A DNA stretch of 64,000 bases from Marsupella aquatica (Eukaryota > Plantae > Marchantiophyta): assembly GCA_973895155.1 (NCBI GenBank), contig OZ316895.1, forward strand, positions 11,492,858-11,556,857, in the 5' to 3' direction. Numbering within the stretch: the stretch's first letter is position 1; each line of letters begins with the position of its first letter. The translations under genes were made by a program, and so were the position numbers. Shown piece after piece: positions 13,289 through 27,646 of the stretch. Under the pieces are notes generated by a model. That model was not told the origin of the DNA. It ran no database searches and saw only the letters and a program-made list of their open reading frames with translations.

Positions 13289-14396
13289 TAGTGTTATGTG
13301 ATTGTATGTCAATATTTCCTGAGCTGGCAGTACTCAAGTTAATTCTAATTATTGAATATCTTTTGTTGAGAAAATTGTTGGTAGGTTCACGTACTAGGCT
13401 TTGTTTTGACACTAAAGTGCGGACCATTAGGTACATAAGACACCTTAATTGGGAAAATTTGCCCCTTTTGAAGCACTTATGCTGTCAACTTGAGCTGAAA
13501 GAAAAACTACTTTCAAATATTGCCTAAAATCAATATTACTGTTAAGCCATGGTTGGAGGACATGAGCTTATTCTTGTTTAACATATGGAGATTCATAGAT
13601 GAGGACATGAACTTTCACTTCAGATGGTTGCAAGTTCATTCTTCATGGCTATTGCAAACTTCTACATGTTATAATTCCAATCACAAGAACTTAATTATGG
13701 GCTTTTGCCTTCAGAGAGATGGCTTTATGCTTGTTTTTAACAGGTCCTTTTGCCGTCTCTTCTTTAGTTGACCGTACTCCTAGAATCTCCATCAAACAAT
13801 TGTTTTCTACTCTGGTGGAGATTGCTACTGATCTAGTCATCAAGGTTGTTGTAGAGTATATATCAGATTGCAACAGAACAGAAAAGTGTCAAACATGCAG
13901 CCAGGATCCTAAAGACAGGAGACCCAATAAAGGGGAGAAATCAGGGAGGAAATAAGTGATAAAGATTCAGATTTTAAGAGCATCTCCACCACGACACAAT
14001 ACAAGCCTAGTCTACATTGAAGCAATGTAATGGTTATAAAACTCTATGTTAACCAAATTACAACCGACTCAATATGTACTATTCTTCATTTTTTAATTGC
14101 AAAATACTAGACTGTCCATTTTTTGGTGTCTTGCTCGGGGTGTCCTGTCTCCCACTTTGGCACTTTTGTTTCTTTGGCTATATATATATATGCTAGATTT
14201 GCAAGTCCAGGTAGGATGCTCTCTTTTAAGAACACGCTAAAAATCCACAGCACCTTTTGTGCCGCTTTAATGATTTAGCTTTCCATTGTCAATTGTTTCC
14301 CAATGTTAGTTGTTTGCCATACCCGTAGTGCTATCCAATTAGCTCAACTGTCAACTTAAGTAGAGGCTCTTGGACATGATCGCACTATGTTTAGGA

Positions 14397-14748
14397 TGTT
14401 AAGGATTGCTCTTAGTCTTGTGACTCAAAGGTTACGACACTTAGGCTAACCATATTTAAGGTCTTAGCTGAGGTTAGGTTAGTCGTGTGTGACCTTGTAT
14501 ATACCAGGGCTAGTGTAAGCCGCTGGTGTGTGGTGATTACTCATTGTAACGGAGTAACTTGAGGAAGAGGGAGAGCATGTGTGTTCGTCTCCTCTTGAAG
14601 TAAAGCTTGAGTGTTTGTGTGGACGTAGCCTTAGAGAAAAGGTGAACCACGTAGAGATTGTGTGAACCACGTAGAGATTGTGTCGACTATCTGTGCATCG
14701 AATGAGTAATGATTGGATTGTCATGAAGAAAGATGTCATAGTTCAACA
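14397..14748 (+). mobile_element. Solo LTR (copia-like), perfect 5-bp TSD TAGGA
   Basis: TGTT...AACA termini with TAGGA at 14392-14396 and 14749-14753. Contains GGACGTAGCC...GGTGAACCACGT and an internal 20-bp tandem duplication at 14642-14681. Confidence 0.9.
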
Positions 14749-17700
14749 TAGGACATTACACCTTAATATGAGACAAGGCTACAAAATCTGAAAAATGTAT
14801 AGGTGCAACTAGCTCTTCTTGACTGAATGAAGTCCTGTAGAGTGTTGGGACATTAATATGTCGAACATGGTGTGAGCCCAGGGTAAGCCACAATTATAGG
14901 ACACACAGCCATGAATATATGCCACAAATTGTAGTAAGGAGGGTTAGGGAATACAGGCAGACAGTAGCTTAAGGTAGCGTATCTCATAAAGTGTAATCCA
15001 AAGCTGGGATAAGGGTCTAGACCTCTCTCATAAAGTGTGATCCAAAGCTGGGATAAGGGCCCATGGTCTAGAATGAAGCCCCTGGAGAGTGACTGCGGGT
15101 CCCAATTATTGGGGTGGTGGAGTTTGAACCTGACACAATGATATGCACCATCTGTTTATGAGCAAAGCTAGGACATTCAAGCAAGTTACCAATAATCCGC
15201 CACTGAGTACTGAAGATGTGCCACAAATGGTAGTTGGGAGTGATATGACATATACTAGGGAGGGATGGCAAGGAACAAGGAACTGGGGAGGGAGGGAGGG
15301 AGGGAGGGAGGAAGCGAGGATGAAGTATAAGGTGAAAATAAAGTTGTTTAGTTTTGGTGTGAGCAAACAGCTAGTTTAACCATCATAAGATATGGGGCAA
15401 TGTAGGGCAAGTTAGTTAGGGCCACCAAATGTCTGCTTTCCAGATTTCATTTACGTGGACCCATTAACTGACCATGGTTGTCAATCAATGTACTAGCTTA
15501 CTCATTTAATGATTTGAAATGCGATTACTGTACTGTCAGTCTCACATTGGATGATTTGAAAAAGTTTGGAGCGCCTAGTCTCTAGTAGTCTACAGTATTG
15601 CTTTTGGTTGCATTAGAGTGGCACTTTGCACGCTGCATGTTTTGTAATGGTTCGCTTTCCACCCATGTCGTATGTCCCTAGCCTAGCTCAAAGGTATCCA
15701 GGTGCTTAGATGCCACTAATAAGGTCAAGTGGATGCTGTTTGCACTTTGTCGCGTGGGATATAAATGTTTCTCATAACCTCACCATAGACTTTGCTTTGT
15801 TTTTTGAATGGGGTGCTCACTACAAATTGTTCCTCCTCCAAGCTAGCCACGTGTACCATTCTACTACTTAGCAGCAAGTGTTTGTATGATATCAGTCAAC
15901 ATAGAAATATCTTTAGAGGGAGGCTTCCATATTCATGAAATTGTGGTGTATGTATTGAAACAGCATACAAATATCTAATGCTACTAGATCTAGCAAATTC
16001 ACCAGATTGGCTGGCCAACCAAATGCCAAGTTTTAAAATCTTGTGAGAATAAATCATGTATCTTTCTCAAACCTGTGGTTGCCAGGCCCTTTCATATTGA
16101 GCTAGCATGACCCTCACAGCCCCTGGTTGTCACCTTAAACTACCTTTGTGGCCTGGTGGCCAAGCATTAGACGTGACAATCCCTCTACCCTACATGAAAA
16201 TATCTTGTACGATGACAACTCTGGGGTGGAGTGAATGAAGGGTAACAAATTCCAAGTTAGCCGGCTGATGGCTTATTCAGACCTTGTGGTGATTTCCAAT
16301 AGGCCAATCGCCAACATAGGACCAAGGTTTTGTGAGAGTCGACAAATTTAGAAGTATACAATACTAGAAAGATGAAATGAAAACTCCCTCCCAATCCCTT
16401 ACACCACCTTCTGTTCATGAAAAAGTACTGTACTTATCCCATCTGGAAAGGTACTAATTTCCAGATGGGGGGACACATGTGTTTGCTCTTGCGTCCAAAA
16501 CAAAACTTTTCCTCTTACAATAGCATCCACAAGTGGCCGTGGTGGGGGGAATAGTCATATCATTCTCATGTATCTCATCATATATTTTGTACTGAGTTGG
16601 TGCACATTAAGCACGGGCAGGGGCTGTTGTGCTTTAGGTAGGACCATACTTCAACCATACAATTTTGGGATAGTCATGGAGAAAACATGCAGATAGTCCA
16701 ATGTTGTTTTCAGTAGCAAAGCCTTGCAATTCACGAAGCTTTGCAATTTACTTGATCATGATTAATGTCTGGGAAAGAAGAAGAAGAAGAAGAGATGTCC
16801 CAGATCCTTTATCGGGATATGGGGGGCGCAAAAGAAACTTAATTGAGACCTTTACCACTTTTGATCACCTCACAGGATGAGTGGTGTTAGGTTGGTAGCC
16901 TCACTTCATTTCCTATGTGGGGAGTACCTGTTCTATTATTGCCTTTACTGGTTAGTAAAGCATGCATTAGAAGGAAAGAAAAAGAAAAAAAGTCCCCCGC
17001 CCCCACAACATATAGGTAAGGTTGTCTTGGGTGTGGATCATCTTGGGGAGGCATTCAATTAAGGGCTCACCTGCCCTAGCCTGCCAGCGAATTGTTTTGC
17101 CACTCCATTGAGCATGGACCATTTCTAGACCTGCAGATGGTGGTCATGCAAATACAAGTCTCTCTGGCCCTTGCAACGCATCATCAACAAATCACATCAA
17201 CATGACTTGACATTGCTGGACCTCAAAATCCTTTAGTTATAGACTACTCTACGAGACTTGCCTCGTTGCAAAAGTCACCAAGTTAGCGCCTGAAGGCTAT
17301 TAATTTGTAGCGTTATGCTACATTTTATTTGCCTCATTGCCCAATGACATCACACAAGAGTGGAGGTTGTCTTCACACTGATGGACCTCAAACCCCAGAC
17401 CTCTTGCTGTAATTTGATTCGTGAATTGAAAGACTTATCCATGAGACTGGTGTCGGTGCGCAAGTCAAAACTAGTTGAAGGGAATTACTCGGCTGCATTT
17501 TGTTAGACTGCAATAATTTCAGCACAGATTAGAGACTTGATAACCTGACTATACCATTGATAACCTGACTATACCACAGGAACGTAGGGACACGAACTCC
17601 ACGGATTCCACGAGCCCAGATCATCAGTCTACTCGTCCCACACGACTTATTATTATGGCATTTCTTCGACGTCCCTCTATGTCATTTTGTTTCTTTTGTC

Positions 17701-20604
17701 GTAAGGTGTGGTATGCTTTTTGCGATGGCAGGCAATAATAACCGTAAAGCCCCACATCAGTGAAAGACAAAAGCTGCCTTCGAGGTTTGCTATCGGTGTA
17801 TTATTTTTCGAAGCTATGCTGCAAAGTGCGGAGTTGCATCAGCAGAACTACCGTTGCTTGTCTGAAGCCGCATATAGCTGCACTCTCGCCGCACGCCAGT
17901 CGAAGGAACACGAAGAAAAAGTGGAAATCAGTGACATCTCTCAAGGCAAAAACCAGAAGAAAAAAGGGAGGGTGGAGGCTCCCCTACGAGAGCGTGGACG
18001 GCGTGTCTCCCACAGCGAGAGTCAACAGTAGAAACCTTTGTTGGACGATGCGCCTTGCCGCACGGACCGCACATTTGGCAACAGCAGGGAGAACCTCCAA
18101 GGTCGCCCATTCGTTTTCTTTCGTTTCATTTTGGCTCCTGGGTGCTCGAAGGTGCAAACTTGCCAAGCTATCGTCCACGCAATGTCTTTTCGCTTTGCGG
18201 AGCCCGTCCATCCTCACGTACCCAAAGTAGCTCGCCGTACTTACTACTACTGTACCCCACTGTACACTGGAGCCCGCCCGAAGAGTTCGCCCGCTTACGA
18301 CTTGACCACGTAGCTGTGGGTACCGGTACCGTACTACTCATTACGTCTCGACCACGTAGATTTGTACCATGGTACGTTTCGTACTGTCCTGATAGAACGT
18401 GCCGGACAATGGCACCGTAAGCCTCCTACTGGGACTTTGGCCGCAGGGAAAAGGTTAGAGATGGGAATGGCTGAAAATCCACGGTAATGTACTCCATTCA
18501 AGATTAAAATTTAGTAAATCCACGGTGGTCGTAATAATAGGAACTCTATTGTAGGGCCAGTGACCTGTGCTGGTGTTAAAGTGTGCAAGATTTGGGAATT
18601 TCTTTGCCAACTGTGCCATAGTCAAAGAATAAAAAAATCCAGCAGTTTGTGGCTCGAAGCGAAAGGAATAAGAGATTGGAGATTTTATTTGGACCCATTT
18701 GCGTTCATTCTTATTCTGTGGGCCTGTGAAGCATCATCCTTCTATATACGGCAGTGTGGGGCACAAGTTTCATGGAACGACTAGCTTCAGGGCAGTGTGG
18801 CAAAGAGTATGGTCGTAAGTAAAGTGATATTGAGCGGGAGTGTTGTCAAAGAGTATGGCTGTAAGTAAGTGATGTTGAGCGAGAGTGTTGTCAAACATAA
18901 ACTAGACTACCACACACTTCAACATTGCAAGCAGTCTGCAAGTCAAGGCAGAAAAGATGCACAGTTGCACCTTGAAGCCCATCTGAGGGTTAGGAGTAAG
19001 CTCAAGATAATCCAATGGCCAGGGAGGGTTCTGACTGGGATGACTTTTCCTAACCAGACCATGAGAAGGGCAGAAAGGGTGAGATTTCATAATATTGTGT
19101 TCAGATTCAGGATGAACCCACAGAGCATGAAAATCTAATAATTTACAAGCAGCAGCCTTGTGGGTTTATACCTTGGCCCCAATCCTTGCATCAAACCCTA
19201 TGACTGGACACTAATCACAACGGGAATGAAACACATATCTACCGACAGTTTGGTCTAGCAAATATTTGAACTGAGAGAATAGTTACTGCAAAACAAGAGG
19301 CAGGCAGGTAGTTGATTCTGTCTACTTGGATACTTTTTGTAAAGCATTCTATTGTCACCATAAGATGAGGCAAGGAAGCCTGCATACTGAAGGAAAACAA
19401 CCTGCTCCTCATACCTTCCGGAGGAAGAATAGTACTCCCAAACTACCAAGTCATGAAGGAGGAAGCATTCTAGGTGCAGGGCCTTGCTGTCTATGGTGGG
19501 GTTTCTGTATATATAGCATCCAGGAACATGTTTGATATTTTGTCTTGTAGTGATATATAAGTGTATCAAATAAGAGAGTAGAACTAGAATAGAACATGCA
19601 AAGAAAAGCACATTAGTGACCAATGAAAAGTACACTAAGGGTGGCTTTACAAGACGTTGGGGGCAGTTTCTACAACTTTTTTGTGTCCAAGATCTGATCA
19701 AGGCCATCCATTTGAGAGAAATTGCTGCTGTTCACTTTACAAAACCTTGGGGGCACTTTCAACCGAACCTGTTACCAATCCTACATGGAATGCAGTGGGG
19801 CCCAATTTTTCCTTATGTGGAGCACTCTTTTGTCCTAGATTTTAGACCACCTCTCTTGGTGGTCTCTTCTTCTGGCCGCTTGGTCCATTTCTATTTTAAG
19901 TCATTTGTAATAAAAAGGGACCCACAAGTCCTTCATAAGATATTCTCTTCTCACATTTACAAAGACTTTAGCCAAAGATTATGTGACATTCAGGTGGAGT
20001 GGGTCCTCAATCTGTCTTTTAGTCAATTAATCTGGCACCATTGGCTGCACTTGGACAAGACCTTGGGGGCAATAAAAGGATTCAAAAAATGCTTTTAGCC
20101 CCTGGACACTATATTTAGTGTGTGCAATGGCCCTCCAGTTTGCTTTGGTAAAAAAATCTCCCAAGTGCCCCCAACTTCTTGTAAAGTCCTCCTAAGTTGC
20201 TTGACACAAAGACACTACCTTGTGTGCACTTAATTCAATGTGTCTTATTAATGACACCCAATTCAATAAAAACTATAAACTCCAGGAAGAAAGTTAGGAA
20301 CTTTAGACACAATGTGTTCACGTTTATTTAGAATCATTTTTTTTCTCTCTCATGAGAATACTTAAAAACTTTGTTCAAGTGATAGAATTTAAAGTCATTG
20401 GGATTAAAAAGGAAGAGGGCTGCCAAAATGAGTTCCAAATTCTCTAAGATACCAAAAATTAAAGTGGTTCAAAAATTAATTAAAATCTATATAATACAAA
20501 GGATGCCCCTTGACAAGGCACATTGAAATAAAAATACATGACACACAAATTATGAATAAGACAAATCCAAAAAGTGCATTCACCATTATAGCTCCTTCAA
20601 AAGT

Positions 20605-20741
20605 GAAGGAGGAAGCATTCTAGGTGCTGGGCCTTTCTGTGTAGTCTGTTCTCTTAAAGAAAGAACAGCTTCAGTATTGAAGGAGGAAGCATTCTAGGTG
20701 CAGGGCCTTTCTCTATAGTCTGTTCTCTTAAAGAAAGAACA
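20605..20741. repeat. ~73-bp tandem duplication, partial third copy at ~19454
   Basis: tgaaggaggaagcattctaggtgc...ctcttaaagaaagaaca occurs twice. Confidence 0.85.
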
Positions 20742-22469
20742 TGAAGAATGTCAAAAGGCCAACAAATTATCCAAGAAGGGGAAGTAGGGGAAGTAGGGGA
20801 GCTGATGGACAAGGACATTTAAACGCAATAGATCAGAAGCAGTCCAATCCTTAAGGGGACAATTAGTTTTGCAATTTCTTGAAGTAGTGAAGTTTAGACC
20901 AGAAGTATTGCCTATTGATCCTTGAAATCCCATTTCAAAGTGTCAAAAGGAGTTCAAGTAGAACCCAGGAACAGCTGAACAAACAAGACAAACAACTCTA
21001 ATGAAAAGTGTCTTGCATAGGGACAGGGTTAGTGTAATATCTCTGATAGTGTAGAGCTATGAGTGTCTACAAAGCAAATCATGGTTGAACCACATCACTC
21101 TCTCTACTTTTGCCGTAAAACTTGTGTAGATATGTCCAAACATAATGACATTGCAATAATCTAAATGAGAACAAGAACAATTATACTTGAGAGTACAATT
21201 ATGAATGGTCCTAGATTGTCCTTTCCACTCTCCCATGGGGATTACAAGGGTACACTGATTGTATTATATTATACTCTCATAAAAATATAAAGATCAAGCA
21301 ATATCCAAATATCAGGTAGAAGGTAACCAAAAATTGGCATTGGAGGGGAAAAAGGGGCAGGGCCAGATAAAGCAAAAAAGGAACAAAAATTGAGGAAGAG
21401 AAGGGGATAAAGTGAGATAATTTTGTATGTTCCAACCCCCCATTTAAAAAAAAAAAACATGTATATACTTACATATTAAAATTTTAAATAATATTAATAA
21501 AAATAAATTTTGTATCATTTTTTTGGGTGATCATGCTATGACTCCATGATGTCATGGTCACTACCACCTATCTTGCATCTCCATCTCCACCTTCATCCTC
21601 CTCAACAATAACACGTTCACAATAATGACCAAAATGATAACATTTTTGTAACAATGACATTTTTTATGCTACATCTTTTTTGCAGCACATAGGGAATGAG
21701 TTTGCATTTCCTTAAATGGCCTCTAGAGTGCATGAATCACTCTTCTGTGCCAATGGCCATGCTTGCCCACAGTCGTGCCACAGTTTGGTTTTGGGCTAGT
21801 TTCTCTCCTTTCCCCACCACATAAAGCATTGCCTTGAGGGGGTAATTGTCAATCAGAATCAGTAACTCCACAATTTGTTTGCATCGTCCAATTCAATCAA
21901 CGGTCCAATCCAAAGGTGGGTCATGACATTGTTTTCTAGGATACAACACTCATATGAAACTGGTAGGTCTGGAAAGCAAAAGCAGCATGTCCTGATATCA
22001 CGGGAGTTTTGCATCATGTACTAGAAAAAATATGTCTTTTCCTTTTTGGGGGAGGGGCAACGCAGTTCCAGGTCCCTATCATGTTTATGGGGGAAAAGAT
22101 ACAACACTCTAGTGCATTATTATGCCATACGATGAACATGGTAGGGACGGAAATCCACTCTGGAATATCCCGAAAGGGGAATAGAAAACCCTCACATGGA
22201 ACCAATCAGCAACAGTTGCCCTCCTCCAAACAGCATTAAAAATACTCCAGGTGAAATTGTCACACAGGGGGTCTTTATCGACATGAGTCTATTTTGTCCT
22301 ACGATCAACCTACCAGCATCCTGAGCCATCCAGTCTTACATTAGCTTGCAGTCACGCAATCAAGCAGTCATTGGCCAATGGAACTCCGTCAGGTTCGTCC
22401 GTCCATCCTTCCCCCACCACCGTCGACCAGCCAGCGGGTGGTTGGAGCATAGTACCGGCCCGGACTGCC

Positions 22470-24158
22470 CTATATGCTGCAGCTAGCATAAAATTAGTGG
22501 TAAGAGATTCTCTTCGATCCATGTACACTTTTTATATCCTTGGCTTCAAGAACTCTGTTACCAATGGACATTCCTCCATGCTTGCCTTCAAATCACTAAT
22601 CCCTCTTTTCAAACTCCAATACAACCAGGCTGACTGGGGTGAAGCACCATCAAATTGGTGAAGCATCTTCACCAATGGAAGAAAAAAGTTCACTGTAGCC
22701 TTCACATCAGCCCAAAATTTATCTTGTTGTATCCACGCTTTTAGTTCTTCTGCCTTGGCCCTTGTCATGCGCCCATTTGACTTTGCTCGCATAGGAAGTC
22801 TATCACGATAAGACTTCCATAATTTATCATCAATGACCATTTGTTGTAGAGCTCCTCTTAGATCCAATGCTCTTTGCGCCATGAGAAAATTGGTTGCAAA
22901 TCTTGTTGCATTTGGATTTAATAGTTTTTTGTAAACAGATTTTCTCACAAATATTGTAGAGAGCTTTTGGGACGATGAAACTGCTTTTACTATCCATCTC
23001 AAGCGTTTAAAAATGTTTTTGAATGGATTTTGTCTGCTCTCATCTAGCACTACATTCTTATGACAGCACACGTCTTCTAGCAACAAATTGAACACGTGCG
23101 TAGCATACCAACTCCAAGTGACATGTGGATATTTTTCATCATTGTCACAACCTGCTACACGATTTGCAGGTGCACCATCAGTGACTATTTGTATAATGTG
23201 TTCTGGTCCAATTTCTTCAATATATTGCAGCCACATTTCTCCAATATATTTTCCATTTTTTCTATCTGCTTGCGCAGCATTCCAACTATCTATGAAAAAA
23301 TCTCCTTTGGAAGTCAACAACATCACATTCATCAAAGGTTCCCTACGAATGTTTTCCCATCCATCTAATGAAAGAGAATAACCAAAAGGTTTTGTTTCCT
23401 TCATGGTTTTGGTGATGTCTTTTGTAAGATCTTCCTTGGCTTCCTCCAACAACTTCACTCGCAAATTCCGCATAATGGGAAGAGAATACCCATTTACAAT
23501 ACCTTTGAAGTCTCATGTACTGCTTCTCGAAAATAAGGATTCTGTGAAATATTGAATGCAATACCACTTGTGTAAAAAGCTTTTGCCCAAAGCTTGTCCA
23601 AATACACTCTATGTGGAATTTGATAAGCATCCATAATCGGGTTCGAAAGACTTCTTGCCCTAGCCATATGAGTCGTATTTGACTCATTCTCCATTTGAAA
23701 ATGGTTTGACTCTCGTGTGGATGCTTGTGAATTGGAAGTTCCAATCTCTGGCCCGCGACCCCTTACATCCCGCAAGATATGGGTTCATCCCTTTGTTTGT
23801 AGTTGATATTTGATGGAAGTTTGATGACATTGTACATTTTGTTCATTTCATCCAACTCCACATGACCATACAGGCCTAGGCATGGTGGTGCATTCCCTTT
23901 GATGATGTTTCCCATCAAATGTGCTTTGGCTCGTGTTGCATGAAAAGTACTATATGTTTTACAAAACTTGCATTTTTGATAGATACGGTTCACATCATTA
24001 GATATTAAAGGCGCATCACATTGTTCAAAATATTTCCACACCGTAGAAAATTTTGCACCATACTCCCGCAAATGATTTGCTCCATGCCTAGGGACAAGCC
24101 TAGGGATAGTGGAATGATATCCAGATTCACCGGACTCATTGTCATCGGAAGAAATCAT
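22470..24158 (-). pseudogene. Decayed hAT-superfamily transposase (BED zinc finger + DUF659/RNase H-like)
   Basis: BED-like VWKYF...CKFCK...TRAKAHL, catalytic-region SLDGW, QIVTDGAPAN, W(Y)ATHVFNLLLED, PNATRFATNF. Split over three frames, with a premature TAA at 22534-22532 before DRRESLTTNFMLAAAY. The C-terminal dimerisation domain is absent. Confidence 0.9.
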
Positions 24159-25540
24159 TGTAAAGAAAGATGTATATGCAGAATTCAAACTCTGCAATCT
24201 CAACTGTCAATAGAATGACAGTGTCATCTCCCCTCCAACGCACACTGAACGTACCTAAATACAACAGTACAAAATAAATATTTATTGTATGTCAAACATC
24301 ATATAGCACATACCATGAAAACCAAATCTGAACAAACACATTTCACAACATTTTGAGGTCCCTAAACTTTATCACTAGTATTTTCATTCCTTTAATTTTA
24401 TGTTTGGTTGTAACAAGTATAAAAGAGTAGGACACTTTGATGAATTACCACAACCTGAGCCGAGGCTCCGAGATTACGCACCATTGTTTCCCGATCTCTC
24501 ATACTTGCTTACATCCCTACTTCGTCCTAAGTTATAGAATATGTATAACTGAACAATCATTTCTTTATAAAGCAAAAATGTTTTCATGTAAATCATGACA
24601 CACATGTGAAATATCACAGACTGAGCCAAGGCTCCAAGCCTACGCACATGAGTTTCTCTATTCCTTGAATTTTTTTTACTTAGTAAATAAATTACGTCAA
24701 GTTGTTAAGGTAATATAAAGAACTCTTGTACAAAATATCCCAAGCCGAGCCAAGGCTCCAGACCCGCGCATACAATAATTCTTATATATTCCTCCATTAC
24801 AATTCACTAAGGGAAGAGATATCATTATAAGACACTAAAACTAAGAAGAATTGCAAAGCTTACCTTTTTAGTTTCTCTCATCCTAGGTTGTGATAGTACA
24901 ATGATTGAAATTCCCTCACATCTCCCCTTTTATCCCCTACCATCGACCCCTTTTCCCGGCGAATGAGGCATTTTGAGCCTTGATTTTTGGTAAACCCACT
25001 TTTAACTCTAATTTCAGCCGCCTTGCGACCCCTAACCCTAATCCCGGCCGCCCCGTCAATTCCCGGTTCTCTTTTTCCCGGCTGGGTCCTCCCCCCTGCC
25101 CCCGGCCCCGTCCCTCCCAACCAACCTCCCGTCCCCTTGCCCCGTCCCCGTCCCTCCCAACCTCCCGACCCTGCTCTCCCCCGTCCCTCCCGACCCCGCC
25201 CCCGCCCCCGCCCCCCTCTCCCCGACCCCGTCCCCCACTTCAACCCCAACCCCCAAACCCGACCCCAAATCGGGGTCAGGCTCACTTAACCGGGGGGAAT
25301 TCCGGGACCAAGCCGGGGGATTTTAGGACTGGGCCGGGAAAGTTTTCGACCAGGCCGGGAGGGTCGGGACAGTGTGGCACCCGGCCGGGAGGGGTCGGGA
25401 GGATTCGACATCGGGCCGGGTAAGGGCCAGGAATTGTATGGTCCGGGCCGGGGAATATAAAGGAATATTGGACAAATAGACGGTTTTAGGACGGACAAGT
25501 TGTCATTTGTCGTGTCGGACAAATCGTACACATTATTGTA
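22470..25540 (-). mobile_element. Truncated hAT DNA transposon (boundaries approximate)
   Basis: Transposase remnant plus an upstream G/C-skewed block and CCGG(G/C)-rich subterminal repeats (25040-25455). TIR and 8-bp TSD could not be resolved. Confidence 0.65.
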
Positions 25541-26260
25541 CCCCATCATTGAGGGTCACCTGCAATGAGTTGGAAAGGTTTGGGTGTAAGGGATTGATGG
25601 TGTTTACAGCAGGATGTGCATTGTTTTGAAACACTGAAGGTGAGGGGGGCTAAAATAGAGGGTCCTTTTGTTGATCCATCTATGAGATATAATCTTACCC
25701 ATTCAAATGTGTGAATAAGCTCCATTTCAAATCACATGAACTTGGGGGCACAATCTGGCAAAAGCTTGAGGCCTCATTTGGTGACTCACAATATAAGGGT
25801 ACACCTGCTTATTTGTCGCCTGTCACCTTCTCTCATATACTTAACGCCCTTAATGATTTTTCCCTTTGTAGGGCATTCCTGGAAGATGGGGGTGGGCAAT
25901 GACCGGGTGACCTCTTCAGCAAGATTCTCCTCCAATTTTACTAAAATTTGAAAAGTAAAAATCTCTTAGTCATTTAGGTGTATCAAAGTATGTTTCCTGA
26001 ACATTCCTGATAATATCCCATACTAGCTACCTTCTAAAATAGGGCTATACATGTAAAACACACTTTTGAGACCCCCAATCTAAGGTACAGTATAGGACAT
26101 TTTGGGTTCTCAAAATGTGTACTATTAGATCTTTGAAGGTACTGTACCTCATTCCCTCGTACGGTTGATTATTTGCCTCCTCTCTACAAACTAGCTTCAT
26201 CTGCTAAGTACACTAGGTCCATTGGGTCACCTTGTCAAGTTGCCTTCCTTCAAGTGGGTG

Positions 26261-26344
26261 GACCTTTCGCATATCCCAATAAAGACTGGGAGAGTCTAAT
26301 AAGACCTTTCGCATATCCCAATAAAGACTGGGAGAGTCTAATAA
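26261..26344. repeat. Perfect 42-bp tandem duplication
   Basis: gacctttcgcatatcccaataaagactgggagagtctaataa occurs twice. Confidence 0.95.
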
Positions 26345-26407
26345 ATCACTGTTGAACTTTATGGATCAAGTGTCAAGCTATGGGAAAAGGAGCTTATCAC
26401 AACAATA

Positions 26408-26853
26408 GGGCATCTCAAAACTAGGTCATTATGAAAGTTATGGATTTGTGATATATCCCATAACTCTGGGATCCAGTTATAGAATTTAAAAAGTGAGGGT
26501 AGGTAACATTGACCCGCCCCATAAGGCAGGAGTTACGGCCTCACATGTCTCACAACATATATTATTTTTTCCTCAATTCTTGATCAGCCACCGCCTCAAA
26601 TGCATCAGCGATCACCACATCACGAGAAAATCCCACGTGCCTTTAGTCACAGCTTTCCCGAATTCTGGAGTCCTGGATTTCCAAATTTCCAAATTTCTGC
26701 CTAAAGTTGCGGGAAAGTTATGGGTTAAGTGTTGAGCCTGCAGGGTTTCCTTACGGTAGCTAAAGATCGGCTCTCATAACTTTTACGGGAGTTCCCATAA
26801 TAATTGAATTATGGGAGGACCTTATCTTGTTAACGCAAAGCTTTGAGACACCC
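26408..26853. mobile_element. MITE-like element with imperfect TIRs, TA flanks
   Basis: Left end ta-gggcatctcaaaact versus reverse complement of right end ta-gggtgtctcaaagct. No coding capacity. Confidence 0.55.
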
Positions 26854-27211
26854 TATGATTCAATTTATTTTTCCCTGGAATGACAAGAGTTACAACAGTG
26901 CCCTAAGTAGCCCAACCACAAAGTTCCTCTAAGAAACCCATTTGTTTCAAAACCACCTATGACCTGTTGAAATGAATCACACTAGAAGTGAGGATCAGTG
27001 TATTCTTTTAAGGGTTTTATGTGTTTGCTGGAGTGGCTAATGTTGAGTGTGTGAAGGAGAAGATGCTCAAAATATTCCTTATTTGATTATGTCCTGGCTG
27101 TCAAATCTCCCTAGATTTAACGATGACCGGTAGACTCTTGCTAATAAGGCCTGTAATTAGGTGGGTCACTAGCTAATGAGACAGAAAAATGCTAGCGCCA
27201 AAAGTGGCTAA

Positions 27212-27573
27212 GGGCCACTTTACAAGACGGGCGCGGCAATTTAGTCCCTCTTTTTTCATGATCGAATCAATCACAACCATTGTTTCAGCCTGCCCGGGCG
27301 CTCCTTGCTTTAGAAGACTGGCGCGGCAAGTTGAGCTGCGGGAATAACCGAACCTGCATTCTGGTATGGATCAGCTCAGGCCAGCCGGCTTGGGACTCTC
27401 ATCCGGGCGCTAGACTATCGGACCTCCGGAGGTGCAAAAATGGGCAGCCCGCTTCCTCCTAGGATTCCTGCCTTGGATTGGTCTAGAGTCCTACCGTACC
27501 ACTAAAAGTTGGGCTCTGTTACAGCCCTGGTAGAAAGCACTCAAATTGCTGCGCCCGTCTTGTAAAGTGGCCC
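27212..27573. mobile_element. Tourist-like (PIF/Harbinger) MITE, TSD TAA
   Basis: 31-bp TIR GGGCCACTTTACAAGACGGGCGC(G/A)GCAATTT with one mismatch. TAA at 27209-27211 and 27574-27576. Confidence 0.92.
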
Positions 27574-27646
27574 TAAAGCTTTTGGGGAGGTGAAACTTGG
27601 CAAATTTATGCCACAAAAAAATGATGGTGATGATGGATGCAGGCAT

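Noticed and set aside
16438-16469. 12-bp perfect hairpin cccatctggaaa/tttccagatggg
   Set aside because: Short and isolated, with no terminus or precursor context.
17708-18420. Cluster of overlapping ORFs up to 156 aa
   Set aside because: Non-ATG starts and no recognisable family. May be regulatory or TE-derived.
24878-25549. Pro/Gly-rich ORFs resembling extensins
   Set aside because: Open in several frames on both strands because of low-complexity GC content within the hAT end.
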